Part shown: positions 9,128 to 17,547 of the stretch, piece after piece
Layout of the letters: each line of letters begins with the position of its first letter
How positions within the stretch are numbered: the first letter of the stretch is position 1
Source: Acutalibacter sp. 1XD8-36
GTDB taxonomy: Bacteria > Bacillota > Clostridia > Oscillospirales > Acutalibacteraceae
Assembly (NCBI RefSeq): GCF_009917525.1
Contig: NZ_QZDU01000003.1
Coordinates: forward strand, 267,547 to 291,546
DNA length: 24,000 bases
Direction: 5' to 3'
Translations under genes and position numbers: made by a program
The notes under the pieces: model-generated
The model's database searches: none
What the model was told of the DNA's origin: nothing
Seen by the model: only the letters and a program-made list of their open reading frames with translations

Positions 9128-10060
9128 TTAAGCCATGCCAGAGCGCGCCCACTCACCGGCGAGCTCCAGCATGGCTTTTCCGTATTCCCCCTGGCCCACC
9201 TGTATCAGCACAAGCCCTGTGGACACCGTCTGCAAATACCCCCAGTCCCAAATGTCCCGCAGAGGGACGGCTGTGAGCTCGTGTAGTAAGCCGCACCTTT
9301 TTTGGGCCAGCTTCACAGGGTCCGGGCGGTATTCGTCCATCCATTCCCGAATCAGTACGCCCAAATCATAGGCCTTCTCATAGTAGAGGCCGTCCGGGTC
9401 GATAAGGCGGAAGCCGCCGCCGGGGGCGGCAAGGGTGTTGTTGGAATGGACGTCGCCGTGGACAAGCACATGGGGCGATTTTTCAAGGGCCTCCTCCCTG
9501 GACTCCAGGCAGAGGAGGCCGCGGCTTATGACCTCCTTCGGACAGGGGCGGTGAAGCCTCTCCCAGCTGCCTGTAAGATGGCCCCTGAACCACTCCACGC
9601 TCTCCCTGCCCTCTGACAGGAGCCCGGGGTTCTCAACAGGGATTTCCCAGGTGTCCTGCAATGTGCGGCATATGGCCCTTATCTGTTCATCTACAGGCAG
9701 GCCCATACTGCCCAGGACAGGCCCCAGGCGCTCCAAAAGGCAGGCCTGGTTTTCCAAGTCATAGGCAAACAGCTTTACATAGCCCCGCCCGTCCGCTATT
9801 TCCAGGGTGCGCACCTCCCTGAGAAAGCCCGCGAGCTCCGGGTCTTCCGGCACATCCACCTTGAGGACATACTTCCCGCCGTCCCGCCCGTCCGCAAAGG
9901 CGACCAGGCCGTGGGTCCTCCCGGAGAGGGGCGCCCCGGCTGTAATCCCCCACTTAGCTTCCAGAACGCGCACCATATCCTCCAGGTGCTCCAGCCAGCA
10001 GCGCCCGGCCTCCCCCAGGGACTGAACGCGGCCTATCACCTCTTTCGGCAGTTTAATCAT
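9128..10060 (-). CDS. Aminoglycoside phosphotransferase-fold kinase, APH(6)/streptomycin-6-kinase-like
   Basis: RBS AAGGAGG lies 6 nt before ATG 10060. Kinase motifs seen: YVLKV, LLERLG, VLVHGDVHSNNTL (HGDxHxxN) and FRLIDPDG. The overall layout resembles APH(6)-family proteins as I remember them. A resistance function is not demonstrated. Confidence 0.6.
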   Translation of the reverse strand: MIKLPKEVIGRVQSLGEAGRCWLEHLEDMVRVLEAKWGITAGAPLSGRTHGLVAFADGRDGGKYVLKVDVPEDPELAGFLREVRTLEIADGRGYVKLFAYDLENQACLLERLGPVLGSMGLPVDEQIRAICRTLQDTWEIPVENPGLLSEGRESVEWFRGHLTGSWERLHRPCPKEVISRGLLCLESREEALEKSPHVLVHGDVHSNNTLAAPGGGFRLIDPDGLYYEKAYDLGVLIREWMDEYRPDPVKLAQKRCGLLHELTAVPLRDIWDWGYLQTVSTGLVLIQVGQGEYGKAMLELAGEWARSGMA

Positions 10061-10116
10061 GTTGGGCCTCCTTATGTAATAATGATTTGCGGCAGTGGTG
10101 CCTTAGGAGTAGGCGT

Positions 10117-10162
10117 AAAAAAAAGACGGCTTCCACGCAAAAAGTACGCTGGAAACCGTCTT
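10117..10162 (-). terminator. Rho-independent terminator downstream of the tRNA fragment
   Basis: The minus strand reads AAGACGG-TTTCCAGCGTACTTTTTGCGTGGAAG-CCGTCTT followed by TTTTTT. The outer stem is 7 bp, an inner TTCCA/TGGAA pairing adds to it, and the T-run totals 8. It starts 8 nt after the CCA end. Confidence 0.6.
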
Positions 10163-10168
10163 GAAAAT

Positions 10169-10215
<47 letters not shown>

Positions 10216-10385
10216 TGTGGTGAGCCGCTTTTTCCAGCGGTTTCTAAGCATTTCTCACCCTTTTTGCTCGATTATCCGATCAAAACCTGAAGGTCTGCCC
10301 CTGTCCGCTCCACCGAGTTTTTCCGGTTCTGGGTCAGAAAGTGGGTCAGGCACACCAAACGCAAAAGGCAAGAGCAAGTAGGAAC

Positions 10386-10417
10386 CTCAAAAATTGCGCC
10401 GCTAAACAAAGAAAAAG
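10386..10417 (+). repeat. Direct repeat copy A (CTCAAAAATTGCGCCGCTAAACAAAGAAAAAG)
   Basis: It aligns to 21623-21654 with 29 identical positions in a 33-column alignment that has two 1-nt gaps. The identical 13-nt core TGCGCCGCTAAAC is at 10395-10407. Confidence 0.6.
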
Positions 10418-10461
10418 AGATGAGAAAATATTGCTGTGGTGAGCATATCAAGATGAAACAG

Positions 10462-11837
10462 TCATACTTGTTTCGGCACCTTCTTCTTAACAAATCTCAT
10501 GAACACAACACTGTTCGCGCAGGTGGTGAGAAAATCCGACACCGGCTCCGCCAACACAACGGACATCACGCCCCACTTGGGGAGCGCCGCCGGGAGAATG
10601 TACAGTAATGGTATCAGCAAAATCATTTTGCGAAAGAACGCGAAGAAAAAACTCTTGATTCCCTCGTCCAAGGCGTTATAGCTCTGCTGGAAGATGGTGT
10701 TGGCCCCCAGCACGCAATTGCCCGCGATGTACACCGGGAGCATCTTTGCAGCGGTGTCCAGCAGGGCCAGGTCAGAGGTGAACAGGGCGATATAAGGCCG
10801 TGGGACTGTCATCATGAACAGTGAGCCTATAAGGGAAAAGCCTGTGCCCACTATAAGCGAGAGGCGCAGTGTTCTGCGTACCCGGTCATATCTCCCCGCG
10901 CCGTAATTGTAGCTGAGGATGGGCTGGGCGCCCTTTGAGATACCGCTGATGGGCAGGTAGATGAAGTCCAGGAGGGAGAAAAGAATCGTCATGCTCTCCA
11001 CTGCCAAGTCCCCGCCGAATCGCAGGAGCTGGTTGTTGAAGCAGGCGAGCATGGCGCTCTCGGATACCTCCATAAAAAGGGGGAGAGACCCAGTTTCATG
11101 ATTTGCCCCACCGTTTTTGCTTTAGGCACAAGGTATTCATGCCGTATGCGCAAGACGGACTTTTTCCCAAGCAGGAACGCCATGACCCACACCCCGGACA
11201 CACCCTGGGAAATCACCGTGGCCCATGCCGCGCCCGCCACGCCCAGCGGAGTGAATCGGATAAGCACGATATCCAGCACGATGTTCAGCCCTGAGGCCAC
11301 GAACAGGAAGTACAGCGGCGATCTGCTGTCACCCAGCGCCCGAAGGGTATTGGCAAAGAAGTTGTACAGCATGGAGACGACCATGCCTCCGAAAATTACG
11401 GTCAGATAGTCCCTGGCATAGCCGAGAATATCGCCGGGGGTCTGCATGACCGCTAAAAGCCAATCGGTGCCCAGCAGGCTCAGGGCGGTGAGCAGGACCA
11501 CCACAGCTAAACTAATGATAAGGTTATGTACATAGTGCCGCTTGACCGCCTGATGGTCACCGGCCCCAAAGCTCTGGGAGATGGAGATGGCAAGCCCGGC
11601 GGTAAGGCCCTGGGCAAAGCCTAAGATCAGGAATGTGATGCTCCCGGTGCTGCTGACCCCGGCGAAAGCCTCCACACCCAGAGTACGGCTGATGACCAGT
11701 GCGTCCGCCATGCTATAAAACTGCTGAAACAGGCTGCCAATCAAGATTGGCACGGAAAAAGTGATAATTTTTCGATAAGGCTTACCCTCTGTTAGTAACT
11801 GCTGCCGGGCTTTTTGCGCGGCTCTGGTCTCGTTCAT
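10462..11837 (-). pseudogene. MATE-family efflux transporter, disrupted by a 1-nt frameshift in a homopolymer
   Basis: Two overlapping ORFs (10989-11873 and 10462-11073) together make one MATE protein. RBS GAGGAGGG precedes ATG 11837. The frame breaks at CCCCCTTTTTA (plus-strand A5G5 at 11074-11083). Adding one T restores ..LGLSPFFMEVSES.., which is colinear with ..LGSAPFFMSASEG.. in the paralog at 18912-20273. Confidence 0.8.
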
Positions 11838-11903
11838 ATGTATACCCTCCTCATAGCAAACGACGCCGCCCAAAATGCGGTGCCGTTCTGCCTGCTTATC
11901 TGC

Positions 11904-12068
11904 TCAATTCATGACCCAGAACATAGCCTGATCTTTCACGTCGGTGACCTGGAACACGTCAGCCTTCTGCTGCATAAAGCGCTCGTAGTTGGCGCTCTGA
12001 CGGTGGGAGAGGAGGTCGTGGTAGGCGGTCTTGACGGTGCTGGTGAGTTTCTTAGCGGTAGTTTTCAT
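11904..12068 (-). CDS. Small hypothetical protein (54 aa), below the ORF-track length cutoff
   Basis: AAGGAGATACCTACC precedes ATG 12068-12066 and the stop is TGA 11906-11904. Translation: MKTTAKKLTSTVKTAYHDLLSHRQSANYERFMQQKADVFQVTDVKDQAMFWVMN. It has the same orientation as the MATE pseudogene and lies 66 nt upstream of it. I recognise no family. Confidence 0.5.
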   Translation of the reverse strand: MKTTAKKLTSTVKTAYHDLLSHRQSANYERFMQQKADVFQVTDVKDQAMFWVMN

Positions 12069-12238
12069 GGTAGGTATCTCCTTTATAATGTTATATTTTT
12101 TGTGGGAGGCTTTTGTTGGCTTCTTGCTTTCTATGTCTGTATTATAGCAGGATTTTGCAGGGAAGTCAGCGGCAAATATTAAGGTATTGGGTGGTGAATT
12201 TTAATGTGTGACACCAGAATATGCAGAAACTTAAGTCA

Positions 12239-13417
12239 TTATAGACGGCCATTTTCCCCGGCAAAATAACTCTTTTGACTGGCCGGAATGCGTATCACAA
12301 AGCTAAACGCCAGCAGCGTTGCCGCTGCCCAGAAGAACACGTTGAACATCTTCTGTAGATTCACATTTTCCGCCAACTGCCCGGCAAGATTCGTCAGCAC
12401 CACCCCGCCCAGCGACTTTACTGTTGCTATCACGCTTAGGGCTGTAGTGGCATACTTGCCGCCGGTGAGGGTCATCACCACCTTGAGCGTCACCATGATG
12501 AACAGCATAGTGGTGACAGATTTTGTAAGTATCAGCACAGCGCAGATTAAGACAGTGCTGCCGGAAAAGCTATAGGCTGCGGTCTGCGCCACCAGCAACA
12601 GGGCGTTCAGCGCCAGGAGCTGCTTGCCGTTCAGCTTATCCATGAACCGGTCGGAGAGGAAGATGACGGGTATCTCCATCAGCGTTCCGAGAAACAGCAC
12701 CGTGCCCGCTAAAGACGTGCCCAGCTTTTCCTGCAAAAGCAGCGGTACATAGGTGCCGCTGGCCCCGGTCAGGCCGGAAAAGAAAAAGCAGAACACCGCG
12801 AACAGCACCAGCGGCAGGGTAAGCGCGGCCTTTTCCTTTGACTGCTTTTCGGGCGATTTCACCACCGGGGCGGCGTCTTTCAGTCCGGTCAGGTGGAAGC
12901 TCAAGCAGGTAATAAGTGACGTTACGGCAAACAGCACAAAGAGTAGAACCGATGCGCCCAACTCCAAAATCATGCCCGCTGCCTGGGTGCCCACCGCATA
13001 CCCTACGGCTCCCCAGAGCCGCAGCACACCATAACGATACGGGCTGGAGGAGGCAAGCTGCTCGCATACTGGGTTGACGCTGTTGAGGAACGCCATGGAC
13101 AGGCCGTTGAGTGCGAACAGCGCCGTCGTGTTCTGAGTAAAGCCGAACACCACCCCGGTGGCGGCAGAGAGCACCAGTAGAATGACGCTCAGCCTTTTGC
13201 GCCAGCCGGTGCGGTCGTACAGCACGCCGATAAACGGCTGGGCGATCATGGTGAACAGCCCGGAGGCTGAGACAATCAGGGAGATCTCGCCGGTGGTCTT
13301 GCCGCTGCCGGACAGGTACACGCTGAGCATGGAGCCGAAGACGGCCATAGCGAAAAAGTAGAAGAAATAGATGGACGAATAACTTAGGTAGCCTTTTACG
13401 GATTTTTTCTCGGTCAT
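12239..13417 (-). CDS. MFS transporter (MFS_1_like / LacY-HcaT-like)
   Basis: GAGGAGGCAATTCCC precedes ATG 13417. The upstream start at 13477 has no RBS. The 392-aa product has about 12 hydrophobic segments. The N-terminus YLSYSSIYFFYFFAMAVFGSMLSVYL...QPFIGVLYDRTGWRKR resembles the HcaT/LacY-like subfamily. Confidence 0.85.
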   Translation of the reverse strand: MTEKKSVKGYLSYSSIYFFYFFAMAVFGSMLSVYLSGSGKTTGEISLIVSASGLFTMIAQPFIGVLYDRTGWRKRLSVILLVLSAATGVVFGFTQNTTALFALNGLSMAFLNSVNPVCEQLASSSPYRYGVLRLWGAVGYAVGTQAAGMILELGASVLLFVLFAVTSLITCLSFHLTGLKDAAPVVKSPEKQSKEKAALTLPLVLFAVFCFFFSGLTGASGTYVPLLLQEKLGTSLAGTVLFLGTLMEIPVIFLSDRFMDKLNGKQLLALNALLLVAQTAAYSFSGSTVLICAVLILTKSVTTMLFIMVTLKVVMTLTGGKYATTALSVIATVKSLGGVVLTNLAGQLAENVNLQKMFNVFFWAAATLLAFSFVIRIPASQKSYFAGENGRL

Positions 13418-13497
13418 GGGAATTGCCTCCTCAAATGTAACTGAGATGATTTTAACAATTCCTGCGAGGGTCCGCAACGGTTAAAGTTAAGATTGAT

Positions 13498-13545
13498 TGT
13501 GGCAAATGTTAAGCCGTTCCGTAGCTTGGCTAAATATTTGCCACA
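13498..13545. promoter_or_regulatory. 10-bp inverted repeat TGTGGCAAAT-N28-ATTTGCCACA in the divergent MFS/DUF362 intergenic region
   Basis: Perfect arms lie at 13498-13507 and 13536-13545, about 80-130 nt upstream of the MFS start codon. No cognate regulator gene is nearby. Confidence 0.3.
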
Positions 13546-13728
13546 CAAAAAATGAGAAAATACCAGTGCATTTCTTATTGCCATGTGCTATAATATACGC
13601 GAGGCGTACATTACGAGTTTTTGCCCTTCGCGCGAAGCGCTCGTTTTTGCTTCGCAAAAATGCGGCCAAAACTCAATGCGGATTTATGCTATAATAAACT
13701 CACAAAATCCTTTGGAGAGGTGAAAATC

Positions 13729-14724
13729 ATGTCAGAGATAATAACCGCTGGCACCGGCGGGCAGAATTACATCCCATACAGCGAGCGCACTGGCCCAGAG
13801 TCCGTAGTCTACTTTACCCGTGACCTGTCCCCTGAGGGGCTGAAAAAGGTCTACGAGCGGGTGAACAAGCACATCACCGGCAAGGTGGCCGTCAAGCTCC
13901 ACACCGGCGAACCCAATGGCCCCAACATCATCCCCGCCGCCTGGGTGAAGGAGTTCATGCAGGCCGAGCTGCCTGAGGGCACCATCATCGAGACCAACAC
14001 CTTCTACGACGGCGACCGCTACACCACCGAGAAACACCGGGAGACCTTGAAGGTCAACGGCTGGACGGACTTCACCACCGTGGACATTACCGATGAGCAC
14101 GGCACCACTATGCTGCCGGTGAAGGGCGGCAAGTGGTTCACGGAGATGAGCGTGGGCAAGTCCCAGAACGACTACGACTCCCTGGTGGTGCTGACTCACT
14201 TCAAGGGCCACACTATGGGCGGCTTCGGCGGGTCCAACAAGAACATCGGCATCGGCTGCGCGGACGGGCGCATCGGCAAGGGGATGATCCATGCCAAGGA
14301 CGGCAACGACTGGGGCGTGGTGCAGGAGGAGCTAATGGAAAAAATCACCGAGTCCACTAAAGCTACGATTGACTACTTCGGCGGGCATATCACCTATGTG
14401 AACGTCCTGCGGAATATGTCCGTGTCCTGCGACTGCGAGGGCGTGGGCGCCCAGCCTGTGGTCACGCCCAACGTGGGTATTCTGGCGTCTGTTGACATCC
14501 TTGCTGCCGACCAGGCTTCTGTTGACATGATACACGCCATGAAGGAGGAAGACCGCCACGCTCTGGTAGAACGCATGGAGACCCGCCACGGCTACCGGCA
14601 GCTCAGCTACATGAAGGAGCTGGGCATGGGCAACGACCGGTACACCCTTATCGACATCGACAACGGCGATAAGGTAATCACCGCTGCGGACGCGGTGGAG
14701 GGCGTTGTGCCCTTTGTGGGGTAA
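13729..14724 (+). CDS. DUF362 domain-containing protein
   Basis: GGAGAGGTGAAAATC precedes ATG 13729. The ORF-track start at 13621 lies in promoter sequence. The motifs VVYFTRDLSPEGL, VAVKLHTGEPNGPN, THFKGHTMGGFGGSNKNIGIG and SCDCEG are characteristic of DUF362 as I recall it. Confidence 0.75.
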   Translation: MSEIITAGTGGQNYIPYSERTGPESVVYFTRDLSPEGLKKVYERVNKHITGKVAVKLHTGEPNGPNIIPAAWVKEFMQAELPEGTIIETNTFYDGDRYTTEKHRETLKVNGWTDFTTVDITDEHGTTMLPVKGGKWFTEMSVGKSQNDYDSLVVLTHFKGHTMGGFGGSNKNIGIGCADGRIGKGMIHAKDGNDWGVVQEELMEKITESTKATIDYFGGHITYVNVLRNMSVSCDCEGVGAQPVVTPNVGILASVDILAADQASVDMIHAMKEEDRHALVERMETRHGYRQLSYMKELGMGNDRYTLIDIDNGDKVITAADAVEGVVPFVG

Positions 14725-14798
14725 TGTACACAGCACGACGAACAGAGCGGAAACCAAAACGCTTTTTGGTTGGTGTACAGCAGTTTTCCAAACTGCAA

Positions 14799-14821
14799 GT
14801 TTGACAAAGGGCGTGTCAAAC
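14799..14821. promoter_or_regulatory. Perfect palindrome GTTTGACA-N7-TGTCAAAC upstream of the AlkZ-related gene
   Basis: The 8-bp arms are at 14799-14806 and 14814-14821. The left arm contains TTGACA (-35-like). It sits 72 nt upstream of ATG 14893. Confidence 0.35.
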
Positions 14822-14892
14822 TCCCCAAGCGTTATTTGATAAGATTGAGCACCGCCTGACTGACCGGGTGGAGCTTTTGCGGGAGGTATAAA

Positions 14893-15570
14893 ATGGGTCA
14901 ACTTGGATTCACCATCAAAACGAAACAAGACCTGGTAGACGCGGTAGAGCGCTGCGGCTTTCTGCCCCTGTTCGAGAACTCCATCCCCGGTTTCTCGGTG
15001 GAGGAGAACGTTGACCCCGCCATCTGGTTTGGCAGCGAGGAGGGCCCCTGGGAGTGGAAGGGGCCGGTCATTCGGGAGACTGGCTGCGCCTACGGCAAAT
15101 TCTTCGAGCAGAAGGCGGCGTTCATCAGCCGGGAGTGGTTCCCGGACTTCGCCAACTACCGACGGGACGGTTACGACTTCGACGCCCGGTATGACGACGG
15201 CCTTGCGCCCTTCCGGGATAAGGAGCTCTACGACCTGCTGGATGAGACCGTGCCTGTCATGACCGGCGACCTGCGGGACAAGGGACAGTACCGCAAGGGA
15301 GGCAAGAAGGGGTTTGAGGGAATTATCACACGGCTGCAGGCCCAGTGCTATGTGGTTATCAGCGATTTTAAGTATAAGCAGGACAAGCACGGTAAGCAGT
15401 ATGGCTGGGGCGTGGCGGAGTATTCCACGCCGGAAAAACTCATGGGTGAGGCGTTCACCAAGAATGTCTATGCCCATACCCAGAAGGAATCTTATGGCAG
15501 AGTGCTGGGCCATTTGAAAGAGCTGCTCCCTTGGGTGGACGAGGCAGCTATACGCAAAATTTTGAGATAA
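14893..15570 (+). CDS. AlkZ-related / winged-helix DNA-glycosylase-like protein (short ~225-aa form)
   Basis: RBS GGGAGG lies 6 nt before the ATG. CGFLPLFENSIPGFSVEE...WFGSEEGPWEWKGPVI...AYGKFFEQKAAFISREWFPDFANYRRDGYDFDARYDDGL matches my memory of the proteins NCBI labels 'AlkZ-related protein'. This is unverified. Confidence 0.55.
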   Translation: MGQLGFTIKTKQDLVDAVERCGFLPLFENSIPGFSVEENVDPAIWFGSEEGPWEWKGPVIRETGCAYGKFFEQKAAFISREWFPDFANYRRDGYDFDARYDDGLAPFRDKELYDLLDETVPVMTGDLRDKGQYRKGGKKGFEGIITRLQAQCYVVISDFKYKQDKHGKQYGWGVAEYSTPEKLMGEAFTKNVYAHTQKESYGRVLGHLKELLPWVDEAAIRKILR

Positions 15571-15581
15571 GGAGCATCATC

Positions 15582-16148
15582 ATGACAGAGGTAGAAAAGC
15601 TGGACGCGGGTCTGGAGTACGATTTCTGGGACAAGGGGGTGAACGCCCGCAAGCTCCGGGCTATCCATATGTGCGCAAGGCTCAACGCCATGCCCATGGA
15701 TGACGAGTCTGCCCGGGAGCCTTTGATTCGAGAGCTGTTCGGCTCCGCAGGCAGCGACCCCAGCGTGGGCACCGGGTTCAACTGCGACTATGGGCTGAAC
15801 ATCCATGTGGGGAAGAATTTTCTTACGAACTATAATGTGACGATTCTCGATATCGCGCCGGTGCATATCGGAGACTATGTGATGATTGGGCCCAACACTA
15901 TGATATCCACGGTGAACCACCCTCTTACGCCCATGGGCCGAAGAAAGCACCTGGGCATCGCCAAGCCAGTCGCCATCGGCAACGATGTGTGGATTGGCGG
16001 CAACGTGACGATCCTGCCGGGGGTGACCATCGGGAATAATGTGGTAATCGCCGCCGGTGCGGTGGTGACGAAGGACGTGCCGGATAACTCTCTAGTAGGT
16101 GGGGTTCCGGCGAGGGTGATACGGGAGATCGAGAATGATGTAGAATGA
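15582..16148 (+). CDS. Maltose/galactoside O-acetyltransferase-family (left-handed beta-helix) acetyltransferase
   Basis: AAGGAGCATCATC precedes ATG 15582. The Maa N-terminal region reads LDAGLEYDFWDKGVNARKLRAIHMCARLN. The hexapeptide repeats read IGDYVMIGPNTMI...IGNDVWIGGNVTILPGVTIGNNVVIAAGAVVTKDVPDNSLVGGVPARVIREI. Confidence 0.85.
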   Translation: MTEVEKLDAGLEYDFWDKGVNARKLRAIHMCARLNAMPMDDESAREPLIRELFGSAGSDPSVGTGFNCDYGLNIHVGKNFLTNYNVTILDIAPVHIGDYVMIGPNTMISTVNHPLTPMGRRKHLGIAKPVAIGNDVWIGGNVTILPGVTIGNNVVIAAGAVVTKDVPDNSLVGGVPARVIREIENDVE

Positions 16149-16152
16149 GAAG

Positions 16153-16185
16153 AAGGACGCTCCTGCGGGAACGTCCCTCTTTTTT
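16153..16185 (+). terminator. Rho-independent terminator between the convergent acetyltransferase and MATE genes
   Basis: AGGACG-CTCCTGCGGGAA-CGTCCCTCTTTTTT. The GGACG/CGTCC stem is at 16155-16159 and 16172-16176, followed by a T-rich tract ending at 16185. Confidence 0.5.
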
Positions 16186-16186
16186 A

Positions 16187-17545
16187 CTATACAGGCTCGT
16201 TTTCTAACTTTCTCATGATGTGATGGTAGTATAATATCCCCGTCACCGACGTCAGCCCCTTTGCTACCGGGAAACACAGGAACAGCGCCGTCACCGTGTG
16301 GAACCAAGCGAACACTGTACACACCCACACCACCCGCAGCACACAGATACAGATAAGCGCGCTCACCATCGGGAACACCGAGCGCCCCATGCCCCGCACC
16401 ACGTTGAAAGGAATGCCCATAGTGCCGTTGACAAACCCGAACACGCCAATGAGGAACATCAGCTCTTTGCCAACTGTAATGACCGCCGGGTCGCCAGTAA
16501 ATATGCGGAACAGCCAAGGCTCAAAAATATACGAACCTATGCCCAGCACCACCAATATTCCTGCCGCCATCGCCATGCTGTACCGATACACCTGCCGTAT
16601 GCGGCCATATTCCTTCGCGCCATAGTTCTGTCCGGCAAAGCTTGCTGCCGCCTGGCCCAGGGCGTTGACGCTCACATAGCAGAAGTCGTCGATGCTCCAG
16701 GCCACCGTTACCGCCGCCATGACCGTAGCGCCCAGGGAGTTGATGGAGGACTGTACCAGCAGGTATGATATGGAGAAGGCGGAGCCCTGCAGCCCGGCGG
16801 GCAGGCCCACCTTTATAATGCGCACAAGTTTGTCCTTGTGGATTTTCAGCCGTTTCAGCTCCAGCTTGTAGACAGCGTCGCTGCGCAACATCACCCAGAG
16901 CACCAGCGCCGCCGACACCGTTTCAGACAGGGAGGTGGCGATTGCTACGCCCTCCACACCCATATGGAACCCGGCTACAAGCAGCAGGTTCAGTGCAAAA
17001 TTCAATACCCCGGCAATAAGCATGAATATCATGGGCCGCCGGGTGTCTCCAACTGCCCGGAGAATTGCCGCGCCGAAGTTGTACACGATAGTTCCCGGCA
17101 CACCCAAAAAGATGAACCATAGGTAAGTCTTTGCCTGAGGCAGGATATCCTCCGGAGTGCCCAGCAGGCGCAAAAGAAAGTCAGTATAGAGCATACCCAG
17201 ACCCGTCATGAAGATACCCAGCACCAGGGACAGGGCAATAGAGGTGTGGACCGTTTCTTGGAAATCCGCCATCCTTTTCGCTCCCATATCCTGGGCCGCC
17301 ACTACGTTTGCACCCACCGATAACCCCATAAACAGCGTAATGATAAGCCCCGACACCGGCCCTGACGCGCTGACCGCCGCCAAAGCGTCCGAGCCGGTAA
17401 AGTTGCCCACCACAATTAAATCAGCGGTGCGGAAAAGCAGCTGCAATATCCCGGACAAGACCACCGGGATTGAGTAGACCACCAACTTTTTCAAAATAGG
17501 CCCCTGGGTCATGTCAACAGTGGAGTTTTTCATGGAGAGGCTCAT
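16187..17545 (-). CDS. MATE-family efflux transporter (intact, NorM/DinF-like)
   Basis: The 452-aa product has about 12 TM segments. N-terminus: GPILKKLVVYSIPVVLSGILQLLFRTADLIVVGNFTGSDALAAVSA. The start ATG lies 2 nt after the stop of the upstream AKR gene, consistent with translational coupling in one operon. Confidence 0.9.
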   Translation of the reverse strand: MSLSMKNSTVDMTQGPILKKLVVYSIPVVLSGILQLLFRTADLIVVGNFTGSDALAAVSASGPVSGLIITLFMGLSVGANVVAAQDMGAKRMADFQETVHTSIALSLVLGIFMTGLGMLYTDFLLRLLGTPEDILPQAKTYLWFIFLGVPGTIVYNFGAAILRAVGDTRRPMIFMLIAGVLNFALNLLLVAGFHMGVEGVAIATSLSETVSAALVLWVMLRSDAVYKLELKRLKIHKDKLVRIIKVGLPAGLQGSAFSISYLLVQSSINSLGATVMAAVTVAWSIDDFCYVSVNALGQAAASFAGQNYGAKEYGRIRQVYRYSMAMAAGILVVLGIGSYIFEPWLFRIFTGDPAVITVGKELMFLIGVFGFVNGTMGIPFNVVRGMGRSVFPMVSALICICVLRVVWVCTVFAWFHTVTALFLCFPVAKGLTSVTGILYYHHIMRKLENEPV

Positions 17546-17547
17546 GC

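Noticed and set aside
10272-10493. A 73-aa ORF (minus strand) in the spacer between the tRNA fragment and the MATE pseudogene.
   Set aside because: It has no RBS and an odd Cys/Leu/Phe-rich composition. It overlaps the 3' end of the MATE gene and repeat copy A.
11814-12182. A 122-aa plus-strand ORF between the MATE pseudogene and the MFS gene.
   Set aside because: It has no RBS and starts inside the MATE 5' end. The opposite strand carries a 54-aa ORF with a canonical RBS, which explains the open frame better.
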